NCBI GenBank assembly: GCA_001004885.1
Contig: LCRX01000004.1
Coordinates: 11,178 to 75,177 of the forward strand
Length of the DNA stretch: 64,000 nucleotides
From: Candidatus Magasanikbacteria bacterium GW2011_GWA2_56_11
GTDB lineage: Bacteria; Patescibacteriota; Patescibacteriia; Magasanikbacterales; UBA922
Direction of reading: 5' to 3'
Part shown: in pieces, positions 8,888 to 17,876 of the stretch
How the letters are laid out: each line of letters starts with the position of its first letter
Position numbering within the stretch: position 1 is the first letter of the stretch
The notes under the pieces: model-generated
What the model was told of the DNA's origin: nothing
Database searches by the model: none
Seen by the model: the letters and a program-made list of their open reading frames with translations, nothing else
Program-made: the position numbers and the translations under genes

Positions 8888-10033
8888 TTACTCCTCCGCC
8901 ACGACTATCTTCCCGTCCCTAAATTCTTTTATCATGTAGTCGGCCGTGGCCAGATCGCCGTTTTTGTCCAGAGTATAGGAGTCAGCGATGCCCTGGTAGC
9001 CGTTTAGCTTGTACAGTCCGGATTTAATTTTGTCCGGGTTGTCTCCGGCGTCCTGCATGATTTTCGCCAGTATCTTGACCGCGTCATAACCGCGCGGGGA
9101 ATAGGCGTTGACGTTTTGCCCCTGGGGGGTTTTGTTCATGTCGTCAACAAACGTCTGGGGCAGCTGCCGATTGGCGATCACGGTATATTTTACGCCGTCG
9201 GCCAGACTGCCTAATGACGCGGCGATTTTGGGATCTTCCCAGACATCGCCGCCCAAAATCGGGGCGGTTACTCCCAGCTCTTTCAACTGTTTGAGGCCGA
9301 CCATTCCGGAGTTGACCATGCCGGGAAAGTACACCAGTTCCGGATCGGCGTCTTTAATTTTTAAAATTTCCGTGCGGTAATCCCGGCCGTCCGCTTTGAC
9401 GCCTTGTTCGGCCACAATTTCTCCGCCGAGGTCCGTGAATGTTTTGCGGAAGACATCCTTTACTCCAGCACTCCATTCGCTGTCATTGTTGAACAGAATG
9501 GCGACTTTCTTTTTATTGAGTTTTTGGTAGACATACTCCGCTACGTATTTGCCCTGAAAAGAGTCGGAGGCGATGAGGCGGAAGACGTAGTCGCCGGCAT
9601 CAGTGAGCTTGGGGTTGGTCGAAGCCGGGGACAGGAGCACTTTTTTGTTGTTTTCCGCCACCGGGGCGACGCCCAGGCTTTCGGTGGAACAAAGGGTAAG
9701 AATCACCGGCGTATTATCCGTCAGGATTAATTTATTGCCGGCGTTGAGGGCAGTCTTGGTGTCGCACTGGCCGTCCTCGGTAATGATCTCCAGGCGGCGG
9801 CCGTTGATTCCGCCGGCACTATTGACCTCGGATACGGCGATATTAAGGGCCGCCTGCATGTTTTCGCCGTAGCTCGCGGCGTCTCCGGTCATAGGGCCGA
9901 CAAAGCCGATCTTGATCGGGCCAGCTGTTTTGCCGGCGGCGGTGTTTTCGCCCGAACTGTTGCCGCAGCCGGCGCCGACCAGCATGAGAATCGCTGCCAC
10001 GGCCGCGGGGATGAAGAAAAGTCGTTTCTTCAT
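8888..10033 (-). CDS. livJ: Branched-chain amino acid ABC transporter substrate-binding lipoprotein (LivJ/LivK-like, Peripla_BP_6)
   Basis: Lipoprotein signal LMLVGAGCGNSS and a type I periplasmic binding fold. First gene of the liv operon. Confidence 0.8.
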   Translation of the reverse strand: MKKRLFFIPAAVAAILMLVGAGCGNSSGENTAAGKTAGPIKIGFVGPMTGDAASYGENMQAALNIAVSEVNSAGGINGRRLEIITEDGQCDTKTALNAGNKLILTDNTPVILTLCSTESLGVAPVAENNKKVLLSPASTNPKLTDAGDYVFRLIASDSFQGKYVAEYVYQKLNKKKVAILFNNDSEWSAGVKDVFRKTFTDLGGEIVAEQGVKADGRDYRTEILKIKDADPELVYFPGMVNSGMVGLKQLKELGVTAPILGGDVWEDPKIAASLGSLADGVKYTVIANRQLPQTFVDDMNKTPQGQNVNAYSPRGYDAVKILAKIMQDAGDNPDKIKSGLYKLNGYQGIADSYTLDKNGDLATADYMIKEFRDGKIVVAEE

Positions 10034-10069
10034 AGGGGTTGAAAATTAATTCGCTAAATTAACTGAAGA

Positions 10070-10098
10070 AGTATAGGTTTAGTTTTAAAAAAAGTCAA
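10070..10098 (-). promoter_or_regulatory. Sigma70 consensus promoter for the liv operon (TTGACT-17-TATACT on minus strand)
   Basis: The rc of 10093-10098 is TTGACT, the spacer is exactly 17 nt, and the rc of 10070-10075 is TATACT, about 35 nt upstream of the livJ ATG. Confidence 0.6.
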
Positions 10099-10131
10099 CG
10101 GTTATATCGTAAGCGGCATTTAAATTTATTT

Positions 10132-10158
10132 TTGCTTATTTTTATGTAAAATAAGCAA
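10132..10158. promoter_or_regulatory. Perfect 11-bp inverted repeat TTGCTTATTTT-tatgt-AAAATAAGCAA (candidate operator) abutting the -35 of the trmB-like promoter
   Basis: Exact palindrome read directly from the sequence, in the divergent liv/trmB-like control region. Confidence 0.5.
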
Positions 10159-10162
10159 AATA

Positions 10163-10191
10163 TTGACAGAGACGCGAATCTGTGCTATAGT
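10163..10191 (+). promoter_or_regulatory. Sigma70 consensus promoter TTGACA-17-TATAGT
   Basis: TTGACA at 10163-10168, TATAGT at 10186-10191, about 60 nt upstream of the 10252 start. Confidence 0.6.
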
Positions 10192-10251
10192 CTAAAAAAT
10201 AGACATAGTGATTTTTTGGCTGAGTTAAGATAAATAATATCCACCGGCGGT

Positions 10252-10989
10252 ATGGATTTCGAGCTGCAAACAATTCAAAACCTTGGTTTAGACGAAAAAC
10301 AGGCCAAGGTTTACTTGGCCGCTCTGGAGCTGGGGCTGGCTTCGGTCTGCGAGCTGGCGGAAAAATCCGGGGTGAAAAGGACGAGTATCTATAATTTTTT
10401 GGAAGAAATGAAAGCGCGCCGTTTATTGTCCGAGGTCAAGAAAGGGGGAAAGGTTTTTTTTCAGCCGGGGAGTCCGGAGTTACTGGTGTCGCAGGCCAAG
10501 GAACAGCTCAAGAAGGTGCAGGATTCGGTTCCTTTTTTGCTGGGCTTGTATAATTTGCCGGCTAATAAGCCTAAAGTTAAATTTTTTTTGGGTATTGACG
10601 GCTTAAAAAATCTCTATGAAGAAATTTGGCAGGTGGGGGAGCCCATTTACGGTTATTCCGATTATGAAAAAATGCTGGGCGGAATGGACCAGGAGTATGT
10701 GGAGTACATGTGGGGGTTTGCCAAAAGGCGCGCGGCCCTGGGTATACCTTTTTACAGCATAACCGAGGATGGACCGTACGGCCGGCTGGCAGTGGCCAGG
10801 GACAAAGAGCAGAAACGCGTTACCAAGCTGGTCAAGGGCGGAGCGTTTGAAACCGAAGTAAATATCTACGGCAAATATGTGGCGATTGCCAGTTTTCGCC
10901 GCCCCTACGCCGGGGTGATTATCGAGGACGTGGCGATCGCCAAGACTATGAAGTCTATTTGGAAGATGCTCTGGGATAAACTCGAGTAA
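10252..10989 (+). CDS. TrmB-family transcriptional regulator (N-terminal wHTH)
   Basis: N-terminus LGLDEKQAKVYLAALELGLASVCELAEKSGVKRTSIYNFLEEM is a TrmB-type wHTH. Transcribed divergently from the liv operon. Confidence 0.65.
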   Translation: MDFELQTIQNLGLDEKQAKVYLAALELGLASVCELAEKSGVKRTSIYNFLEEMKARRLLSEVKKGGKVFFQPGSPELLVSQAKEQLKKVQDSVPFLLGLYNLPANKPKVKFFLGIDGLKNLYEEIWQVGEPIYGYSDYEKMLGGMDQEYVEYMWGFAKRRAALGIPFYSITEDGPYGRLAVARDKEQKRVTKLVKGGAFETEVNIYGKYVAIASFRRPYAGVIIEDVAIAKTMKSIWKMLWDKLE

Positions 10990-11062
10990 TATCCGGAGTC
11001 GGGGTGGGATAGAGGAAAGAAAATGGCATTCGCCGGCGTACTATATAGTATAAGCATAAATT

Positions 11063-11653
11063 ATGCTGACGGAGGCAGACGCCCGTGCCAAAAGCGACCG
11101 GGAACTTATCGCCCTCTCGGCTCGCGAGCCAGAGGTTTTTCTGTATTTGGTGCGGCGGTACGAAGACCGTCTGGCGCGGTTTGTCCGGCGGATATCGGCT
11201 GTCTCGGCCGAGGACGCCGAGGATATTTTGCAGGAAGCTTTTTTGAAAATGTACACGCATCTGCATAGCTACGATCCGCACTGGGAGTTTTCGTCGTGGG
11301 CTTACCGGATAGTCCGGCACGAGACGATCAGCGCCTTTCGCAAGCGCCAGGCCCGGCCGTGCGTTACCTTTGCCGATTTGGGCGATGAGGCGGTTTCGCG
11401 CCTGGCCTCGTTTGCGGATATGGCCGCGGAAACCGACCAGACGCTCGGCCGCGAGCGTCTGGAGCGGGCGCTCAATAAGCTGGATGTGAAGTACCGTGAG
11501 GCCGTGGTTCTAAAATTTTTGGAAGATAAAACTTACGATGAGATAGCGGATATATTAAAGCTGCCGCCCGGCACGGTGGCGACCCGGATTAACCGGGCGA
11601 AGAAAAAATTAGCCGGCATTTTGCGCCTAACCGCACCGTATGTCCGTAGCTGA
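11063..11653 (+). CDS. ECF-type RNA polymerase sigma-70 factor
   Basis: Region 2 (ILQEAFLKMYTHLHSYDP...FSSWAYRIVRH) and region 4 (YREAVVLKFLEDKTYDEIADILKLPPGTVATRINRAKKKL). Confidence 0.8.
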   Translation: MLTEADARAKSDRELIALSAREPEVFLYLVRRYEDRLARFVRRISAVSAEDAEDILQEAFLKMYTHLHSYDPHWEFSSWAYRIVRHETISAFRKRQARPCVTFADLGDEAVSRLASFADMAAETDQTLGRERLERALNKLDVKYREAVVLKFLEDKTYDEIADILKLPPGTVATRINRAKKKLAGILRLTAPYVRS

Positions 11654-12401
11654 CAGGATTGGCAAAAAAATTCACGATGAACGCCTGACGCCCTCTCCGC
11701 GTTGGCACACAGCGGCCTCTCGGGCCGCGCTCTACACGCTCGCGGCGCTGGTGCTTATTTTGGGCGCGGTGGCCATCGCGGTTACCTGGTATATTGTCGA
11801 GCATTTCGACGCCGAAATGGCGCGCTACTCCCGGCGGGGGTTCGCCGCCGAATGGCTGCTGGCGCTGCCGTATGTCTGGATCGGGCTGTTTGTCTTGATC
11901 GCTGTTTTGCTGGTCGTACAAATTCGCCATGTGGGCCGGGGCTACCGGCTCCGCCTGTCTTTTTTGGCGACGGCAGCCGTGATTATCAGCTTGGCTACCG
12001 GCGCTATTCTGCGCAGCGCCGGAGTGGGCGACGTGGTGGACAGCTCCTTGGTGGAGGCAGTGCCCGGATACCGCGCGGCCGGATCGCTCCAGGAGCGGCA
12101 CTGGCTGCGGCCCGGCGACGGTCTGTTGGCCGGCGTTGTCCATGAGCGGCTGGCGGGACAGGAGTTTGTTCTCAAAGACGTCTCCGGGCGGCAGTGGCGG
12201 GTTATTGTCGTTTCGTCCACTATGCCGCAGCGCTTTATCCCGCCGACCGGCTCGCGCGTGCGCGTCGCCGGGGAACTTTTGGACGAAGACCGTTTCCGGG
12301 CATACTTCATCCGGCCGCTCATGCCGGGCAAGCGGCGGTTTATGCACCGCCTGCTGGAGAGACCGCCCCAGGGCAACCTGCCGGCGCACCTTTCGCCGTG
12401 A
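11640..12401 (+). CDS. Putative anti-sigma factor / membrane protein co-transcribed with the ECF sigma
   Basis: Overlaps the sigma-factor gene by 14 nt, with TM helices at ~30-55, 70-95 and 105-125. Confidence 0.5.
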   Translation: MSVADRIGKKIHDERLTPSPRWHTAASRAALYTLAALVLILGAVAIAVTWYIVEHFDAEMARYSRRGFAAEWLLALPYVWIGLFVLIAVLLVVQIRHVGRGYRLRLSFLATAAVIISLATGAILRSAGVGDVVDSSLVEAVPGYRAAGSLQERHWLRPGDGLLAGVVHERLAGQEFVLKDVSGRQWRVIVVSSTMPQRFIPPTGSRVRVAGELLDEDRFRAYFIRPLMPGKRRFMHRLLERPPQGNLPAHLSP

Positions 12402-12487
12402 AAGAAACTCATGGGCGGCCGCGTAATACCCTATAGGCGCGAGTTTATCGCGCCGGAGCGGGCCCGCTCATTAATATATCTTTATCT

Positions 12488-13081
12488 ATGCCTTTGCCAA
12501 TTACAGCCCTCGCGGCCTTGGGAATGACTGGAGCCCTTATGGCCGGCGGCCCGGCGGCGGCCAGTTGGCCGAATCGCCATATGGGCGGCCTGGGTCTCGG
12601 TTCCGAGACGCACCAGGCCGTGCACCAGGCCATGGCGGCGCATGATTATGCCGCCTTTAAGACTGCCGTGGGCGACAAACTGCCTGCGGGCATGACCGAG
12701 GAGAAGTTTAACCAGCTCGCGGACAACTTAGCCGGGAGAAAAGACAAGTTTCTGGCGAAACACCCAGGGGTTAGTCTTGACGCCGAGTCTGCGGCGGCGT
12801 TTAAAACGGCCCTGGAACAGAAAGATTACGATGCCTGGAAAAAAATTGTCGGCGATAAGGCGCCATTGGGCACCCTGATTACCAAAGACAATTTTGGCTT
12901 GTTCGTTGATAGGCACAATTTGATGCGGGCCGGAAAGTTTAAGGAGGCCGAGGAACTGCGCGTCAAGCTGGGTTTACCGGAGATGAAAATGAAAAGGCTG
13001 CATTCCGGCCGAAAGATAATGAAAGGGGTGAGGGCCGAGCGGCGCGCGGATCGGACAGCGCCGGAAGCGCCGCAGAGCTAG
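12488..13081 (+). CDS. Secreted hypothetical protein with two ~35-aa internal repeats
   Basis: Signal peptide MPLPITALAALGMTGALMAGGPAAAS. The repeats are HDYAAFKTAVGDKLPAGMTEEKFNQL and KDYDAWKKIVGDKAPLGTLITKDNFGL. Confidence 0.5.
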   Translation: MPLPITALAALGMTGALMAGGPAAASWPNRHMGGLGLGSETHQAVHQAMAAHDYAAFKTAVGDKLPAGMTEEKFNQLADNLAGRKDKFLAKHPGVSLDAESAAAFKTALEQKDYDAWKKIVGDKAPLGTLITKDNFGLFVDRHNLMRAGKFKEAEELRVKLGLPEMKMKRLHSGRKIMKGVRAERRADRTAPEAPQS

Positions 13082-13105
13082 GGGAACAGCGGAAATTTTA
13101 GACGC

Positions 13106-13136
13106 AAAAACCACCATACGCTATGGTGGTTTTTGT
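13106..13136 (+). terminator. Rho-independent terminator (AAAACCACCATA-CGC-TATGGTGGTTTTT-GTT)
   Basis: Perfect 11-bp stem with a T-run. Confidence 0.6.
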
Positions 13137-13282
13137 TGGTGGCTCGTCTGGCAGGACAAATCAGACGAGGCGGACAGATTGGAACTTGGAGCGACAGAGA
13201 GCAGCGGCGGTTAGGGGATTTTCGTGAGTTAAACAGCTTTGACCCGCTGGCGGCGGAATGGTATCATGAGAGGACTTTATAT

Positions 13283-14701
13283 ATGAAAAAATCCGTTGCC
13301 GCCATTGACTTTAACCCTCAGTTCACGGTTGCTTTTGCTGCCATGGAAAAAACTCGCAAGCACATATTTTTGACCGGCCGGGCCGGCACGGGCAAGTCTA
13401 CGTTGCTCCAGCATTTTCGGCTTCATACCAAGAAGAAGATCGCGGTGCTGGCCCCGACCGGGGTCGCGGCCGTGAATGTTTCCGGACAAACTATCCACTC
13501 TTTTTTTCACTTCAAGCCGGACATCACCGTCTCGAAGGTGGAGCGCCTGCCGCCGGACGAGGCGGTGCTTTACGTCAATCTAGATACGATTGTCATTGAT
13601 GAAATCTCCATGGTTCGGGCGGATCTCCTCGACTGCGCGGACACGTTTTTAAGACTGAACGGGCCGGACAAGCGCCGGCCGTTCGGCGGCGTGCAGATGA
13701 TTTTTGTCGGCGACCTCCACCAGCTGCCGCCGGTCGTAACTGCGGACGAGGAGTCTATTTTTTCCTCGCACTACGCCAGCCCCTATTTTTTTTCGGCCCA
13801 AGTTTTTTCGGGGCCACCGCAGCAGCGGGAATTGTTTGACGATCGGCTGGATTTTTGTTTGGAACTCATTGAACTAAAAAAGATTTACCGCCAGACTGAC
13901 CGTAAGTTTATCAGCCTTCTCAACGCTATCCGCGATAACGCCGCGACTGACCAGGATATCCGTACTCTCAACAGCCGCTGCGTCGAGCATGAAGCCGTGG
14001 CGCGCGACGACCTCGCCATGTATCTCATGACGACCAACGCCATGGCCGCGGAGCGCAATGCCCGCGAACTGGCGCAGCTTAAGGGCACGGAGCATGTCTA
14101 CCCTGGCACGGTCAAAGGCGTTTTCGATTATAAGGCTCTGCCGACAGATATGACGCTCGCGGTGAAAGTCGGGGCGCAGGTTATGATGCTCACGAACGAT
14201 CCGGAGGGCCGCTGGATCAACGGCACGACCGGCACGGTCAAAAGCATCAAGCACGACGAAGAGATCAAGGCGGATCTGATTAAAATCGAACTCGCGACCG
14301 GGCGGACTGTTTCCGTCGGACCGCATACCTGGGACATGTTCGAGTTCACCTACGACCGTTCGAGCCAGATGATCACCTCGGACACGGTCGGCTCGTTCAT
14401 CCAGTATCCGTTCAAGCTGGCCTGGGCCATCACGATCCACAAGGCCCAGGGCAAGACGTTCGAGCGGGTGGTGCTCGACATCGGGCGGGGGACGTTTTCG
14501 CCCGGCCAGCTCTACGTGGCCCTGTCGCGCGTTACGAGCCTGGAGGGGCTGAAGTTGACGAAGCCGATTCAGCCGCGCCATATCTGGAACGACCGCCGGG
14601 TGGCGGAGTTTTTGCGCGCTCTCTCGGGTCGAGCCCGGCCTGCTACTTGCCTTTTGCCCGGAAAGAGGATAGACTCCACACCCGATTCAATTAATAATTA
14701 A
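13283..14701 (+). CDS. PIF1/RecD-family ATP-dependent DNA helicase (AAA_30 + PIF1-like C-terminal domains)
   Basis: Walker A FLTGRAGTGKST, motif Ia VLAPTGVAAVNV, Walker B IVIDEISMV and C-terminal WAITIHKAQGKTF. The ORF track starts at 13133; the ATG at 13283 carries a GAGAGGA RBS. Confidence 0.8.
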   Translation: MKKSVAAIDFNPQFTVAFAAMEKTRKHIFLTGRAGTGKSTLLQHFRLHTKKKIAVLAPTGVAAVNVSGQTIHSFFHFKPDITVSKVERLPPDEAVLYVNLDTIVIDEISMVRADLLDCADTFLRLNGPDKRRPFGGVQMIFVGDLHQLPPVVTADEESIFSSHYASPYFFSAQVFSGPPQQRELFDDRLDFCLELIELKKIYRQTDRKFISLLNAIRDNAATDQDIRTLNSRCVEHEAVARDDLAMYLMTTNAMAAERNARELAQLKGTEHVYPGTVKGVFDYKALPTDMTLAVKVGAQVMMLTNDPEGRWINGTTGTVKSIKHDEEIKADLIKIELATGRTVSVGPHTWDMFEFTYDRSSQMITSDTVGSFIQYPFKLAWAITIHKAQGKTFERVVLDIGRGTFSPGQLYVALSRVTSLEGLKLTKPIQPRHIWNDRRVAEFLRALSGRARPATCLLPGKRIDSTPDSINN

Positions 14702-14713
14702 TGATTGAGCAGT

Positions 14714-15208
14714 ATGGCGTTTTATAACAAAGAAAAGAGAACCGGCGCCGGCGGACCGAATAAATTCGGCGGCCGGGGCAATAAAGACCGCCAATTCGGC
14801 GGCCGGGGATTCGGCGGCCGCGACGCCGGCCGACCGGCAATGTACCAAGCGGTCTGCGACAAATGCGGCGCCGATTGCGAAGTCCCCTTTCGGCCGACCG
14901 GCAACCGGCCGGTATTTTGCCGCGCGTGTTTTGGAAAACAGGGAGCCGCCCAGGCGGATCGCCCGGCCGGCAGAAACTTCGCCGACCCGGGTTACGGCAA
15001 CAAACGAGTCCGTGAGTTTGACCCGGGCAGAAGCGCGGATAAAAGCACCCAGAATTTCAAGGAACAGTTCGACCTCCTGAACGCCAAGCTGGATAGGATT
15101 TTGGAGACGTTGGCCGCGCCGGCCCCCCGGACCGAGACGCCCGAGGAGATAGAAGAAGAGGCAGCTCCGGTGAAAGTTAAAAAAGTAAAAAAAGCCAAGA
15201 AGAAATAG
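14714..15208 (+). CDS. Stand-alone RGG/Gly-Arg-rich protein with CxxC...CxxC zinc ribbon (DEAD-box helicase C-terminal-tail-like) and Lys-rich tail
   Basis: GGRGNKDRQFGGRGFGGRDAGRP followed by CDKCGADCEVPFRPTGNRPVFCRAC, ending KVKKVKKAKKK. Confidence 0.55.
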   Translation: MAFYNKEKRTGAGGPNKFGGRGNKDRQFGGRGFGGRDAGRPAMYQAVCDKCGADCEVPFRPTGNRPVFCRACFGKQGAAQADRPAGRNFADPGYGNKRVREFDPGRSADKSTQNFKEQFDLLNAKLDRILETLAAPAPRTETPEEIEEEAAPVKVKKVKKAKKK

Positions 15209-15323
15209 CGAGTAAGCAGCCTAAAGAACTGTCCCCAAAGGACGGTTTTTTAGTACTCCGGTCGCCCCGGCCGCTGCCAAGGCCGGTAATTTGTGGTACA
15301 GTAGCGGCATAGAATTTGAACTT

Positions 15324-16694
15324 ATGCTTCGTTCTGACGACTTCCAACTTACTTTGGCTACGGGTCTGGATGCCCCGACATCCGTGGCCGCCTATCTGGC
15401 GGCGCTCAACGCGGCTCTTAGGAATAAGCCGGCCCGGGTGATCGGGGAGGTGGGCGCGATAAAAATCGCGAGCTCGGGCCACGCGTATTTTTCTCTGCGC
15501 GATGCCGACAACGACAGCGTGCTGCAGTGCGTGGTGTGGCGGTCGCGCTACGCGCTCTACGGCGTCGAGCTCCGGGACGGGATGCAGATAGTAGTTTCGG
15601 GCACGCCCGAAGTGTATGCGCCCCGCGGTTCGCTGTCGTTTATCGTGGAGAGTCTCGAACTTGTAGGGGAGGGCGCGTTGTGGAAGCGGTACCAGGAATT
15701 GAAACAGAAATTAACGCTTGAGGGAGCGTTCGCGGACGAGCGCAAACGGCCGTTGCCGGAGTACATCGAGAACGTGGGCGTCATTACTTCGGCTCAGGGC
15801 GCGGTTATCCATGATTTTTTGAACAATCTGGGCCAGTTTGGATTCAAGATTCACTTTGTCGACGCCCGGGTAGAAGGCCCGCGCGCCGCGCCGGACTTTA
15901 TCGCGGGCCTACGCGCCCTGCGCCGGCGCCCGCTCGATGCGGTCGTAATCATGCGCGGCGGCGGATCGCTCGAGTCGCTCGCCGGTTTCGATAACGAACT
16001 CCTTGTCCGCGAGATCGTCGGCTTTCCCGCGCCGGTGATTGCCGGTATCGGGCACCACAAAGACGTGCCGCTCGCGGCGCTGGCGGCCGACCGCGCCGTT
16101 TCGACCCCGACGGCCGTAACGCAGCTTCTCAACGCGCCTTATCAGCGGGCGGGACACGAGATTGCGCGCCACGAAGACGCCATCTCCGGGCGGTACCGTT
16201 CGTTCTTGGAGGGGATCGGGCAGAACTTGGATTGGAGTGAAGGTAAGATTTATGACCGCTTCGAACGAAGCCTGGAAGCGCATGGTCGCGAGTTCGAAAT
16301 TATGACCGAGCGCGGGCAGTCGCGGCTGGAAAGTATTTTCGCAGGCTACGACGAGGTCGTCCGGCGTTTGGCCTCCGGAGTCGGGCGTACGGGCAGGGCG
16401 GTGGCTGCGGCCGAACAAACCGCGGCTGGGCTGGGTGCCCGCTCCGCCGCGCTCTATGCCCGGGTCCTTGTCCGCGCCGAGGCGTATTTTTGGCAATCCG
16501 AACACCTGGTACGCGCCCACGATCCGGAGCGGCGCCTAAGGCAGGGCTACAGTATTGTCTGGAAAAATGGTAGAGTAGTGAAGAGCGCGGCCGATGTGGC
16601 GCCCGAAGATTTGATTGACATCCAAACCAATGACGGATCAATCGCCGGTAACGTCATCGGAGTTAGCCGCCGCCAGAATTTATCTCCAAAATAA
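15324..16694 (+). CDS. xseA: Exodeoxyribonuclease VII large subunit
   Basis: OB-fold N-terminus (VIGEVGAIKIASSGHAYFSLRD) and a catalytic core with IMRGGGSLESLAGFDNE and IGHHKDVP. The ORF track start at 15291 is probably 11 codons too long. Confidence 0.85.
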   Translation: MLRSDDFQLTLATGLDAPTSVAAYLAALNAALRNKPARVIGEVGAIKIASSGHAYFSLRDADNDSVLQCVVWRSRYALYGVELRDGMQIVVSGTPEVYAPRGSLSFIVESLELVGEGALWKRYQELKQKLTLEGAFADERKRPLPEYIENVGVITSAQGAVIHDFLNNLGQFGFKIHFVDARVEGPRAAPDFIAGLRALRRRPLDAVVIMRGGGSLESLAGFDNELLVREIVGFPAPVIAGIGHHKDVPLAALAADRAVSTPTAVTQLLNAPYQRAGHEIARHEDAISGRYRSFLEGIGQNLDWSEGKIYDRFERSLEAHGREFEIMTERGQSRLESIFAGYDEVVRRLASGVGRTGRAVAAAEQTAAGLGARSAALYARVLVRAEAYFWQSEHLVRAHDPERRLRQGYSIVWKNGRVVKSAADVAPEDLIDIQTNDGSIAGNVIGVSRRQNLSPK

Positions 16695-16708
16695 TTTCTC
16701 ATTTTTGT

Positions 16709-16972
16709 ATGCCGCCCAAAACTAAAGCCAAGGATTCGGTGAACTTGACCCGCACTCTGGGAAGACTCCAAGAGATAGCCGAGTGGTTTGACGCCCAGGA
16801 AGAGGTGGATATCGAGGAGGGGCTCGAGAAGGTAAAAGAAGCGGCAGTTCTGATTAAGGCGGGCAGAAGGCGCCTGACCGAGGTGAAGAACGAATTTGAA
16901 GCGGTGAAAAAAGAGATGGGAACAGAAGAAACAGCCGTGATTTCGCCAGAGGCGGAGGAGATGACGTTCTAG
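16709..16972 (+). CDS. xseB: Exodeoxyribonuclease VII small subunit
   Basis: 87-aa helical protein (LEKVKEAAVLIKAGRRRLTEVKNEFEAVKKEM) immediately after xseA. Confidence 0.75.
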   Translation: MPPKTKAKDSVNLTRTLGRLQEIAEWFDAQEEVDIEEGLEKVKEAAVLIKAGRRRLTEVKNEFEAVKKEMGTEETAVISPEAEEMTF

Positions 16973-16982
16973 CGGGACGAAC

Positions 16983-17008
16983 AAAAAAATACCATTGCCA
17001 ATGGTATT
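16983..17008 (-). terminator. Terminator hairpin ATACCATTG-GCA-ATGGTAT flanked by an A-run/T-run (serves the minus-strand gene; weak for plus)
   Basis: The rc reads ACAATACCATTGGCAATGGTATTTTTTTGT. Confidence 0.55.
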
Positions 17009-17067
17009 GTGGCCGCCGCTCCCTTAGACGGTGAGTCTTCGGGAGCGGCGTTGTTTGATGCCTACGA

Positions 17068-17409
17068 TCAGGCGGCGCGTGGCATCACTTCCTCGGAGCA
17101 TCGCCCGCAGCGCCAGACCGGCCCGCTGCGGATGGCCGTGGTGGGCCCGCATTTCGGGCAGTGCCCCTGGCCGCTGCCGCTCTCGTTGTCGATGACGGGC
17201 GGCTGTACCTGCCGCGTGAGGGGCGGGGCGCAGTTGAGGCAGACGCCGTTGGCCATGGTCGTCTGCCGCCGGCACAGGTCGCACTCCTGCATCTCGATGG
17301 TGACGTTTAAGCCTTCATGGCTCATCACCTTAAAGCCGGCGAGGGCAAGCTCGAGGCAGAACTGCTCCACTATGTGGGCGACTTCCGGGTTTAGGACAGC
17401 ATCGGACAT
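17068..17409 (-). CDS. Hypothetical zinc-ribbon protein (CDLC...CLNC...CPKC...CGRC)
   Basis: Strong AAGGAGG RBS (rc of 17411-17423). Start at Met8 of the track ORF. Confidence 0.5.
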   Translation of the reverse strand: MSDAVLNPEVAHIVEQFCLELALAGFKVMSHEGLNVTIEMQECDLCRRQTTMANGVCLNCAPPLTRQVQPPVIDNESGSGQGHCPKCGPTTAIRSGPVWRCGRCSEEVMPRAA

Positions 17410-17590
17410 CGGGACCTCCTTGTTACGCACACACTAGCGGTTTTGGGAGTTTTTTGCAAGTGGAGGCGGCCAGTTAAGGTGTATGGGTCTACGTAGAAAT
17501 CAGCCGGGCGCAGAAGCTACCTTATTTTTGGCCGTCGAAAGTGGTACAGTACCAGAGGGCAAAATGTTTGCCCTCTAATTGTACTTTAAT

Positions 17591-17776
17591 ATGTCCATGA
17601 GAAAAGTCGCCGATTGCCGCAAGATGCCGAGCGAAAAGAACTGTTCGGTAGTGATCAGCGGCACGGAAGAAGAAGTCGTACCGCTGGCGGTGCATCACGC
17701 CGTGTCCGACCACGGCCACGAGGATACGCCAGAGCTCCGGGATGAGGTCCGCCGTACTCTGGAGGACGAAGTATGA
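17591..17776 (+). CDS. DUF1059 family small protein
   Basis: MSMRKVADCRKMPSEKNCSVVISGTEEEVVPLAVHHAVSDHGHEDTPELRDEVRRTL matches the DUF1059 pattern (C..C..GETEEE..HA..H). Confidence 0.55.
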   Translation: MSMRKVADCRKMPSEKNCSVVISGTEEEVVPLAVHHAVSDHGHEDTPELRDEVRRTLEDEV

Positions 17777-17876
17777 GTGGCGCAGCCGATGGCTGGAATC
17801 TGGCTTACGGCCAGGTTCCAGTGTTTTTCCGGCTCCGTCGCCGGCACTGCCGAGCTTTGTCCGCCGGGATCGATTT

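Noticed and set aside
11589-12436. Multiple overlapping ORFs in alternative frames/antisense (11589-12389-, 11702-12145+, 11942-12412-, 12136-12426+)
   Set aside because: These are typical long spurious ORFs of GC-rich DNA, Arg/Pro/Ala-rich with no motifs. The sense-frame ECF sigma/anti-sigma genes explain the region.
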